The position numbers and the translations under genes were made by a program. Under the pieces are notes generated by a model. That model had not been told where the DNA came from. It worked only from the letters and a program-made list of their open reading frames with translations, and searched no databases. A DNA stretch of 64,000 nt, from contig CAZEJJ010000001.1 in NCBI GenBank assembly GCA_964512185.1, positions 40,704 to 104,703 of the forward strand. Reading direction: 5' to 3'. The stretch's first letter is position 1, and each line of letters opens with the position of its first letter. The stretch is from an uncultured Enterobacterales bacterium. Its GTDB lineage: Bacteria; Myxococcota_A; UBA796; JAFGLY01. This document shows, piece after piece, positions 37,388 through 45,328 of the stretch.

Positions 37388-38265
37388 GCCAGCAAGCTCG
37401 CACCGAGCAGCGCCGCGAAGCCGAAGCTCGCCCAGTCCGGCTTCGGAACCGGCGAGAAGAACCCCTCCACCAGCGCCGCCAGCCCCAGCAGGGGCACCAG
37501 CGCCACCGCCACCGGCCCGGCATGGGAGGCCGCCCGTCGCAGGGCGGCACCCCGGCCCCCTGGACCCGGGATCACCAGGGCTTCGCCCAGGGCGAGCCCG
37601 GCCGCACCCGCCAGCCACACGGCGGGGAACTCCAGCACCCCGTGGGGCGCCACGAAGGCCCACAGCACGCGATCCATGCCGCGAGCGTGCACCAGGCCCG
37701 CCACGGCACCCAGGAAGGCGCCGTTCTCCACCATGGCCGCGACGGCGCCGAGCCCAGCCAGGATGCCTAGAGCCACGGCCTCCACGGCCGCCTCCACGTT
37801 GTGGGCCAGCAGGGACCCCGACAGCGCCGGCGCGGCGCTGACATCCACCTCCTCCAGCCAGTGCTGTCCATCGGCCAGCCTGGCCAGGATGCCCTCGTGC
37901 ACCGAGGCCGGCAGCAGCCAGGAGGCCGCCCAGGGATCGAGGGTCACGGCCACCCAGCCGAAGCCCGCCGCCAGCCAGAACAGCCCCGCCGCCACCAGGA
38001 TGTGCCAGCGCAGCTCGTAGACGTGGCCGGGAAAGCTCGCGAGCGCCCCCCTCAGCGCACTGGGCAGCGAGCGCCGGACGCGAGAGGCCGTGAAGCGCGA
38101 GCGCAGCTCCAGCAGCCGAGCCCTGCCCCCCGGCTCCGCCCGCCCCTGTGCCTGGGCGCGCCCCAGCTCCACCGCCGCGCGCCGGTAGCTCCTGAGCAAG
38201 GCCATGGGACCACCGCTGTCCGGGCGCTCCGCATCCTGGCCGCTGCGCTTTGACTCTCGACCCAT
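37261..38265 (-). CDS. SpoIIM-like (DUF95) integral membrane protein
   Basis: 334 aa. Motifs LLAHNVEAAVEAVALGILAGLG...VENGAFLGAV and VAPHGVLEFPAV. The last ~40 codons run antisense through the end of the DUF58 gene; the start may be the second Met (MALLRSYRR). Confidence 0.7.
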   Translation of the reverse strand: MGRESKRSGQDAERPDSGGPMALLRSYRRAAVELGRAQAQGRAEPGGRARLLELRSRFTASRVRRSLPSALRGALASFPGHVYELRWHILVAAGLFWLAAGFGWVAVTLDPWAASWLLPASVHEGILARLADGQHWLEEVDVSAAPALSGSLLAHNVEAAVEAVALGILAGLGAVAAMVENGAFLGAVAGLVHARGMDRVLWAFVAPHGVLEFPAVWLAGAAGLALGEALVIPGPGGRGAALRRAASHAGPVAVALVPLLGLAALVEGFFSPVPKPDWASFGFAALLGASLLAYLGSAWWAPSRRPPASTTRAPAELQSRAARRRSWSRASAAQ

Positions 38266-38643
38266 GGTGACCTTCTACCCCATCGCGGCCGGCCGCCGAG
38301 CCGGATCCGTTGCTCACAGGCAGCGTGACCGCTCGCTGGACCGTCGGCTGTCAGGATGGTGAGGCCGTCGTCACCTCCCCACGTCGGGATGGGTCGGCTC
38401 TGGCGAGCACCAGAGGGGCACGTCTCGAAGGCGCTGAAGGTCGGAGCCCGCTCACGTTCAGCTGAGGTATGAAGCTCGATGTGGGGTCGAGGCCCAGCCC
38501 TGCCCGCCGGGGAGAACCTGCGCTGGGCGGGGACAGACCCCGCGGCCTCCCTGGGCCGAATCGCCGACCACCTGCTGGGCCGACAGAGCCACCACCTCTG
38601 CTCCCGCGAGCCCTGCGGCGGCTGAGCCTCCTGGCCTGCGGCA

Positions 38644-40053
38644 CTACTCGATATACCCCAGCGCCTGCAGCTGGCTGCGGCGGTCTTCGTCGAGGCTGAC
38701 GGCTGGCGCCTGCTGGCCGCGCCGCTGCAGCCAGGCCACCGGAGTGTGGCTGGGCACGGTGCTGGTGGGGTGGGCGTCGAGGAACCCGGGGGCCAGCACG
38801 CCCTCCATCACCTCGCCGGGCATGTCCTCGGCCAGAGGCACCTCCAGCAGGGCCAGCACGGTGGGCAGCAGGTCGTAGACCGAGCCCAGCTCGTCCAGCT
38901 GCGCCCGCCGGCTGGGGGGCCCCTGGCCGGTGGAGCGGATGGCCGGACCCGCGGCCACGAAGAAGCAAGGGATGCCGTTGGGGTGGCCCGCCGAGATGAG
39001 CTTGCCGTTGGGATCGTCTCCCTGGAACGCGGCTCTCTTGTTGATTCGCTTCATGCCGTGATCCGAGACCACGATCACGGTGGCGTCCAGGGGCGCCGCC
39101 GCCACCACCTCGCCCACCACGCTGTCGGCCCAGGCGTAGTAGGCGGGCACGTAGTCTCCCAGCGCCGCCACCTCGGCTTCGCTGGGGGGGCTCTCGTAGC
39201 CCCCGGGGTGCAGGTAGCGCCAGAAGCGATGCCCCACCACGTCGGTGCCGCTGATGTACAAGGCCAGCAGATCGTAGCTCTGCTCCTCCTGGAGCAGCTC
39301 CAGCGCCACGGCCCGGTAGATGGCATCACCGCGCAGGGCCCACAGGCTGGAAGCCCACAGGCGCTGGGCCACCGGGCCCAGGCTCTCGTCCCAGGGCCTG
39401 CCGAAGAGCGCCTCCAGCTGCTCGCTGAGCCCGTCGCTCACCTGCTGGGCCAGGTCCAGGAACTCCGCCTGCCGCTCCTCCGGGTGCACCTGCCGCTCCA
39501 TGCCCTCGAACAGGGCGCCCTTGCCGGTGCGGGTGGAGGTGCCCTGCTTGTCTGGGGCGCTCAGGTTCACCTGCGCCACCAGGACGCCGTCGACGGGCTC
39601 CACCGGCCAGGTGAGCCACCAGCCCACAGTGGCTGAGCGCCGCCCGTGGTCCCCCAGGATCTCCCAGAAGGCGCGCGCCTTGCGGTCGGCCGCGTTCACC
39701 AGGCGCGCGTCCTTTCGCTTGCTGGTCTTGAAGCCCGTGATGCCGTGCACCTCGGGTGAGACACCCGTGGCCACCGTGGTCCAGATGGCCGGAGAGACCG
39801 TGGGGATCAGGGTCTCCAGGGTGCCGTACTGCCCGCGCTCCATCAGGGCGGCCAGGTGGGGAAGCCGGCCCTGCTCCAGCATGGTCAGGGCCAGGTTCCA
39901 CTCGATGCCGTCCAGGCCCACCAGCACCACCGGGCCCACGGGCACGGGAGCCGGGGGAGCGGCTGGAGGTCCAGCGCTGGAGCAGGCGCAGCCGAGCGCC
40001 ACCAGCAGCGAGGCCAGCACGGGAAGCAGCGGATTTCGGCGCGCGTTGCTCAT
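38644..40053 (-). CDS. Alkaline-phosphatase-superfamily lipoprotein (type I phosphodiesterase/nucleotide pyrophosphatase-like)
   Basis: 469 aa. Lipobox LVALGCAC. Motifs VLVGLDGIEW, PTVSPAIWTTVATG, VVSDHGM. Confidence 0.8.
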   Translation of the reverse strand: MSNARRNPLLPVLASLLVALGCACSSAGPPAAPPAPVPVGPVVLVGLDGIEWNLALTMLEQGRLPHLAALMERGQYGTLETLIPTVSPAIWTTVATGVSPEVHGITGFKTSKRKDARLVNAADRKARAFWEILGDHGRRSATVGWWLTWPVEPVDGVLVAQVNLSAPDKQGTSTRTGKGALFEGMERQVHPEERQAEFLDLAQQVSDGLSEQLEALFGRPWDESLGPVAQRLWASSLWALRGDAIYRAVALELLQEEQSYDLLALYISGTDVVGHRFWRYLHPGGYESPPSEAEVAALGDYVPAYYAWADSVVGEVVAAAPLDATVIVVSDHGMKRINKRAAFQGDDPNGKLISAGHPNGIPCFFVAAGPAIRSTGQGPPSRRAQLDELGSVYDLLPTVLALLEVPLAEDMPGEVMEGVLAPGFLDAHPTSTVPSHTPVAWLQRRGQQAPAVSLDEDRRSQLQALGYIE

Positions 40054-40097
40054 GCTCGCCTCCTAACATCAGCCCCCGGCCCGCGGCGCACCCGAGC

Positions 40098-42830
40098 CTA
40101 CTCAGGGCACCAGCCGTAGTCGTTCAGGTACAGGTAGGCCTTGCCGGCTCCATCGCCGTAGGCGCCCACCACGAAGTCGTCCACGCCGTTGCTGTCCACG
40201 TCGCCCACGCCGTACAGGGCGCGGCCGGTGTGGGCCCCCGCGCTGAGCCCGTGCAGCATGCGATCCGCCGAGCTGAGCGGTCGCTCCTGGCTCCAGCTCT
40301 CGCGCTCGCGCCCCAGGAAGACGTAGGCGCGGCCCGCCTCGGTGTAGGGGTAGTCCTCCTCGTCTGCGCCCACCAGGAAGTCCAGCCGGCCGTCACCGTC
40401 CACGTCGCCCGCTGGAGCCAGCCCTTCGCCCGTAGAGCCGAAGAGATCGCCGCCGCCATCTCCCACCCAGGACCAGGCGATGTCGGCGGCGGCCTGCTCG
40501 CCCGGCTCGATCTGCGCACCGGAGGCCAGGTAGATCTTGCCCGCGTCGGTGAGGCTGGTCGTGTCGTAGCCAGCGGCCACGAACAGCAGATCGGGCACTC
40601 CGTCGCCGTCCATGTCACCCGCCGAGGCGATCATGTCGTGGGTGCCCAGCTCGTCGCCGCCTGCCTCTCCGAGCCAGCTGGCCCAGGCGCCGCCCACCAC
40701 CAGGCCAGCGAGCCCATCCAGCTGGGTGTACAGGTGCACGGCTCCGCCATCGATTTCGGTCAGATCGCTCTCCTCGGCGGCCACCAACAGGTCGTCGGCC
40801 CCGTCTCCGTCCACATCGCCCGCCGAGGCGATGGCGTTGCCGAAGCGGGCGCCGCTCTCCGCCGGCGCCAGCTGGATGGGGGCAGAGTCCAGGCTGCTGA
40901 CCCCGTAGGTGGCGCCGCTGCCCAGCACCACCCAGGCCCGGCCGTCCTCGCTGTCGTGCTTGGCAGACCCGATGGCCAGATCACCGTAGCCATCCCCGTC
41001 GAAGTCCCCGGAGCTGATGTCCTCGCCGGCCACCTCGGAGCCAGCCGGTCCCACCAGCTCCACGTCGGCGGCGCTGTACGACATGCTGCTCCAGCTGCTG
41101 CGCCCCATGAACACATAGGTGTAGCCGTCGCCGTGCGCGGAGAAGGCCGCCACCTCGTCGAGGCCGTCGCCGTCCAGATCTTCGACGCCCGTGACGTTCT
41201 GCGCGAAGCGCTGGGCGGTGCTGTCGCCGGTGATGGCCACCAGGGTGGCGGCCGGGATCTCGGTGCTCCACCCAGCGTCTCGGCCGAACACCATCCAGAT
41301 GCCCCCATCCCAGGCGTCGGCGGGGTAGTCGCGGGCCCCGATCAGGAAGTCGTTGAGCCCGTCGCCGTCGAAGTCACCGGGGTCTCCGAAGGAATACCCA
41401 AAGTCGTCGTTTTTGAAGATCCCCTGGATCTCCACCACGCCTCCTCCGTGGCAGGCGCTGTCCTGATCCCCGACGTCAGCCGAGACTCCGGGGTGCACGT
41501 CGGCGTCCGTGTCGTCGCAGTCACCCTCTCGGGGGCTGTAGCCGTCGCCGTCGCTGTCGACCGTGTCGTCGCAGTCCACGATGTCGATGTCCACCTGGTC
41601 GGAGGCGCTGTTGCCCCAGGGATCGGTGACGGTCAGCGTGATGCTGTGCTCGCCGTCGGACAGCCCAAGGGCGTAGTGGCTGGGCAGGCCATCATCCGGA
41701 GCGGAGCCCGAGTACAGCTCGCCGTCCACATCGCTGGCCCAGACCACCTGCAGGTCCCCGCTGTCGTCCGCCGGATCCGTGGTCTTGCCGTTCAGGCGCA
41801 CAGCGAGTCCCTCGAAGCTCCAGTAGCCATCGCTGGGCCAGGTGATCTCGGCGGTGGGGCTGCCGTCCACCAGCACCGTCACCTGGTCCGTGGCCTCGCT
41901 GCCCCAGGAGGCGTCCACCTGCAGGGTCAGCTCGTGGCTGCCGTGGGACAGCTCCGCCGTGCTGGAGACGGCACCGTCCTCGGGGATCTCCGCTAAGCCC
42001 AGATCGCCGTCGATGCTCGATCTCCAGCGGGCCTCTGCCAGCGCAGGATCGCCCACGGAGCCCACCAGGCCCTCCAGCAGCTGAGCGCCCTCTGCCAGCC
42101 TGTCACCCTCGCCGGGAGACGTGATGCTGGCCCACACGTCCAGCGTGGTCAGCGTGACCTCCACCTGCGGGCGGTCGAGATCGTCGCTGTGCACAGTGAG
42201 CGCGCCCTCCGCGAGCTCCAGCGCCTGGCACTGCACCTCCACCTCCACGCTCTCGTCCTGGCCGATGGTGAAGGGTCCATCGCTCCCCACCAGCGAGAAC
42301 ACACCGCCCGCATCGTCAGACAGCTCTACCTGGCTCACCTGCAGGCTGCCCTGGCCCGTGCTGGCGATGCTGAACGCAGCGAAGCTGGCCTCGGGCTGCA
42401 CGGGGAACTCCAGGCTAGTGGGTGAGACCTGGATGGTGGGCTGCGTCACCTGGGCGATGGCCGGTACCAAGACGCTGGCATTGTCGGGATCGCTGGAGAG
42501 CACCTCCACCACGCCCGCGAACTCGCCGATCTCGACGGCCACGAAGCCCACCTCCAGGCTCACGACCCGGCCGCCTTCGAGCTCGGCCTCGTAGGGATCC
42601 ACCCAGAAGGGATCCTCGGCGCTGACCCCCAGGACCCCGACGGGAGCCTCGCCCGGGTTGGCCAGCTGGAGGGTGAGCACCGGCCGCTCCCCCGTGGGCA
42701 TGGACCCGAAGTCCAGGGCCTCCGGGGTGACCGTGAGAGCCCCCGGCAGCAGGGCCGGGTTGTACTCCTGGCAGCCGAGCCCCCACGAGGCCCCCGTGAC
42801 CAGGATGGCGGCTGGCGTTCGCAGCTTCAT
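40098..42830 (-). CDS. Large surface lipoprotein with Ig-like N-terminal modules, a MopE-like Cys/Asp metal-binding motif and FG-GAP/VCBS repeats
   Basis: The ATG at 42830 is preceded by AGGAGGAGG. Lipobox WGLGC. Motif DSDGDGYSPREGDCDDTDADVHPG, followed by multiple GDFDGDG / GDVDGDG FG-GAP repeats. 910 aa; the upstream 215 aa of the track ORF are junk. Confidence 0.8.
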   Translation of the reverse strand: MKLRTPAAILVTGASWGLGCQEYNPALLPGALTVTPEALDFGSMPTGERPVLTLQLANPGEAPVGVLGVSAEDPFWVDPYEAELEGGRVVSLEVGFVAVEIGEFAGVVEVLSSDPDNASVLVPAIAQVTQPTIQVSPTSLEFPVQPEASFAAFSIASTGQGSLQVSQVELSDDAGGVFSLVGSDGPFTIGQDESVEVEVQCQALELAEGALTVHSDDLDRPQVEVTLTTLDVWASITSPGEGDRLAEGAQLLEGLVGSVGDPALAEARWRSSIDGDLGLAEIPEDGAVSSTAELSHGSHELTLQVDASWGSEATDQVTVLVDGSPTAEITWPSDGYWSFEGLAVRLNGKTTDPADDSGDLQVVWASDVDGELYSGSAPDDGLPSHYALGLSDGEHSITLTVTDPWGNSASDQVDIDIVDCDDTVDSDGDGYSPREGDCDDTDADVHPGVSADVGDQDSACHGGGVVEIQGIFKNDDFGYSFGDPGDFDGDGLNDFLIGARDYPADAWDGGIWMVFGRDAGWSTEIPAATLVAITGDSTAQRFAQNVTGVEDLDGDGLDEVAAFSAHGDGYTYVFMGRSSWSSMSYSAADVELVGPAGSEVAGEDISSGDFDGDGYGDLAIGSAKHDSEDGRAWVVLGSGATYGVSSLDSAPIQLAPAESGARFGNAIASAGDVDGDGADDLLVAAEESDLTEIDGGAVHLYTQLDGLAGLVVGGAWASWLGEAGGDELGTHDMIASAGDMDGDGVPDLLFVAAGYDTTSLTDAGKIYLASGAQIEPGEQAAADIAWSWVGDGGGDLFGSTGEGLAPAGDVDGDGRLDFLVGADEEDYPYTEAGRAYVFLGRERESWSQERPLSSADRMLHGLSAGAHTGRALYGVGDVDSNGVDDFVVGAYGDGAGKAYLYLNDYGWCPE

Positions 42831-42983
42831 GCCTCCTCCTCTCCGCACCCAGACAGAGTAGCACCACCGCCAGCGCGCAGAGCTGCGGACCATCACCACA
42901 GCGGCGAACAGAATAGGACCAGGCCAGGAGATCACCTGCGAACCCCCACGCCGACCCCAGACCCGCCAGCTGGCTGCGAGCTG

Positions 42984-43481
42984 TTGCTCGAGGAGGGCAC
43001 CCGGGTGTCGCTGGTGCCCGCGGGCCTGGCCACGCGCCTGGCCGCGCGCGGCATCGACGCGCTCTGTCAGCTGGTGCTGGCGGGAGCCTGCCTGGTGGTC
43101 CCGGGCACCCTGGCGGAGCGCATGGTGGTGGAGAGCCAGGCCGAGGCCACCGCCCGGGTAACGCTCATGGTCATCGCGGCCCTGGGCACCCTGGCCAGCG
43201 CCTGGATCTACCCCGTGTTCTTCGAGCTGGTCTGGCGCGGACAGAGCCCGGGCAAGCGCGCCATGGACATCGCGGTGACGGACCAGGAGGGGCGCGCCCC
43301 CACCGCGTCTGCCGTGGTGATCCGCAACCTGCTGCTGGTGGTGGACCTGCTGCCGGTGGCGGGCCTGCTGGGCCTGGTGGTGGCCATGGCCGATCCCAAC
43401 CGCCGCCGCATCGGCGACCTCGTGGCCGGCACCCTGGTGATCGACCAGGACCCCGAGGTTTCCCAGCTGGAACACCGATAG
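42984..43481 (+). CDS. RDD-family membrane protein
   Basis: 165 aa, TTG start (start uncertain). Motifs RLAARGIDAL, WRGQSPGKRAMDI, RRIGDLVAGTLVI. Confidence 0.8.
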   Translation: MLEEGTRVSLVPAGLATRLAARGIDALCQLVLAGACLVVPGTLAERMVVESQAEATARVTLMVIAALGTLASAWIYPVFFELVWRGQSPGKRAMDIAVTDQEGRAPTASAVVIRNLLLVVDLLPVAGLLGLVVAMADPNRRRIGDLVAGTLVIDQDPEVSQLEHR

Positions 43482-44354
43482 CTAGAACATCGACTCTTCG
43501 ATGACCAGCTGGTCCCCGGCCTGCAGCACGATGTCCGTTTCGCGGCCCTGGAGCAGGCGCTTGAGGTTGAAGGAGATGCGCTCACCGTCGCGCATCACGT
43601 AGGCCTCGCGCAGCTTGGCGAAGTTGGTGGGGCCCCCGGCCTCGGCCAGGGCGCGGGTGACGGTGAGGCCGTCCCAGAAGGGCACCGTGCCCGACTTCTC
43701 CACCTCGCCGGACACATAGACCACCATGCCCTCCACCACGTTGACCACGTCGCCACCCTGGAGGAGCAGGTCGCCTTCACCGTCGGCGAGCAGCCGATCG
43801 AGCTTGACCACCGTGACCTGGGCGCCGCCGTTGGCACCGCGCTGCAGCCGGACCTCCTTGACGGCCTTCTCGGCGATGACGCCGCCCACCAGGGCCAGCA
43901 TCTGGCGCAGGGTGGTGGGGCCCTGGAGGTAGACCACGCCCGGCTGTGCCACGGCGCCCAGCACCTGCACGGGCTGGCTGCCGTAGCGCTCCAGCTGCAA
44001 GGTGACGTGGGGATCCACCAGGAAACGCTCGGCCAGGCGCTCGCTGAGCAGCTCGGCGGCGTCGGGCACCGCGAGCCCACCCAGCTGGATGCGGCCCACC
44101 AGCGGGAAGTCCACCTGGCCGGACTCGTAGACCTCGAAGACACCGCTGAGGTCGGGCTCGCCGTAGACATCCACCTTGATGCTGTCACCGGAGCCCAGCA
44201 CATAGCTGGTGGGCAGCGCGGTGGGGCTGGCGGGCTCGGTCTCGGATGTGACCCACGGCTCGGCCTCGGTGCTGCCCGCGCGCGCCTGCACGCTCCAGCA
44301 GGCGAGCGACAGCACCAGGACCAGCAGCGATCGACGAAGGAGGATGAGGTTCAT
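43482..44354 (-). CDS. Polysaccharide export protein (Wza-like, Poly_export + SLBB domains)
   Basis: Internal ATG 44354 (MNLILLRRSLLVLVLSLACWS...). Motif YVLGSGDSIKVDVYGEPDLSG and SLBB-like VQVLGAVAQPGVVYL. Confidence 0.85.
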   Translation of the reverse strand: MNLILLRRSLLVLVLSLACWSVQARAGSTEAEPWVTSETEPASPTALPTSYVLGSGDSIKVDVYGEPDLSGVFEVYESGQVDFPLVGRIQLGGLAVPDAAELLSERLAERFLVDPHVTLQLERYGSQPVQVLGAVAQPGVVYLQGPTTLRQMLALVGGVIAEKAVKEVRLQRGANGGAQVTVVKLDRLLADGEGDLLLQGGDVVNVVEGMVVYVSGEVEKSGTVPFWDGLTVTRALAEAGGPTNFAKLREAYVMRDGERISFNLKRLLQGRETDIVLQAGDQLVIEESMF

Positions 44355-44663
44355 GCTCCGGTAGCTCCTGACCCCTGGTGGGCGCTGCGGTGGATTTCGA
44401 TCCGCGGCGTGCTGGATGGCGATGCCGGGAGGCGCCGCGATCCACGGGGTGTGCCAGGGAAGGAGACGCGCCGCGCGCGCGCTGTCCTGACGGGGCGAGA
44501 GTATATGTTGCCCCCATGCCCGCGGCAACATCGGCAGATACCGCCTTGCTCGCATCACATCCCCCCGGTGATGCGGGCACCGACGGCCAAGGGCGCCAGC
44601 GGCGCGCGCAGCATCACCGCCTGCCGACCTGCGCCTGCGGTCGGAGCTTCCGCATGTCCGGCA

Positions 44664-44691
44664 GGAACCACCGTGCATCGGGAGGGTCCGA
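44664..44691 (+). promoter_or_regulatory. ECF-type promoter candidate upstream of the ECF sigma gene
   Basis: GGAACC (44664-44669), a 16-nt spacer, then GTCCGA (44686-44691). This matches the generic ECF pattern GGAAC-N16/17-GTC, as expected for autoregulation. Confidence 0.4.
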
Positions 44692-44701
44692 GCTGTAAGA
44701 T

Positions 44702-45328
44702 GTGGCCCGGCCCCGCGTTCCATGGGCGGGTGAACAAGGAGGCACCCTGACATCGACGGTCCCCGACACCGTCCCGCAGGCGACCGAGATCACGGTCGTC
44801 CAGCGGCTGAAGCGCGGCGATCGCGCCGCGTTGGCCACCCTCTACCAGTGGTACAGCGACCGTCTCTATCGCCAGGTCATCCTGCCCCGTCTCCCGGTCC
44901 CCGAGCTCGCCGAGGACGTCCTCAAAGACACCTTCCGTCTCGCCATGGAACGCATCGAACAATACCAACCCCAGGGCACCAGCATCTTCTTCTGGATGCG
45001 CCGGATCGCCATCAACCGGGCCATCGACGTGCACCGCGCTCGGCAGCGGCAGCGGCGGCTCCAAGAAGCCGTCAGGGCGGAGCCCCACCACACGGTGGGG
45101 GCTCGGCCGCCAGCGCCCGATCGAGCACCCGAGGTGGCTGAGACGCGACAGAGCGTGCAGCGAGCCCTCGAAAAGCTCAACCCGCGCTATGCCCTGGCCC
45201 TCAAGCTGCGCCTGCTCGAGGATCGAGACCGGGACGAATGCGCCCGCGCGCTCACCGTCACGGTGGGCAACTTCGACGTGATCTTCCACCGCGCCTGCAA
45301 GGCCTTCCGCAAGGTCTACGTGCCATGA
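44702..45328 (+). CDS. ECF-family RNA polymerase sigma factor
   Basis: Sigma-70 region 2 (LYQWYSDRLYRQV...DTFRLAMERIEQY) and region 4 (ALKLRLLEDRDRDECARALTVTVGNFDVIFHRACKAFRK). The start is ambiguous: GTG 44702, or CTG 44747 just after AAGGAGG (44736-44742). Confidence 0.8.
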   Translation: MARPRVPWAGEQGGTLTSTVPDTVPQATEITVVQRLKRGDRAALATLYQWYSDRLYRQVILPRLPVPELAEDVLKDTFRLAMERIEQYQPQGTSIFFWMRRIAINRAIDVHRARQRQRRLQEAVRAEPHHTVGARPPAPDRAPEVAETRQSVQRALEKLNPRYALALKLRLLEDRDRDECARALTVTVGNFDVIFHRACKAFRKVYVP

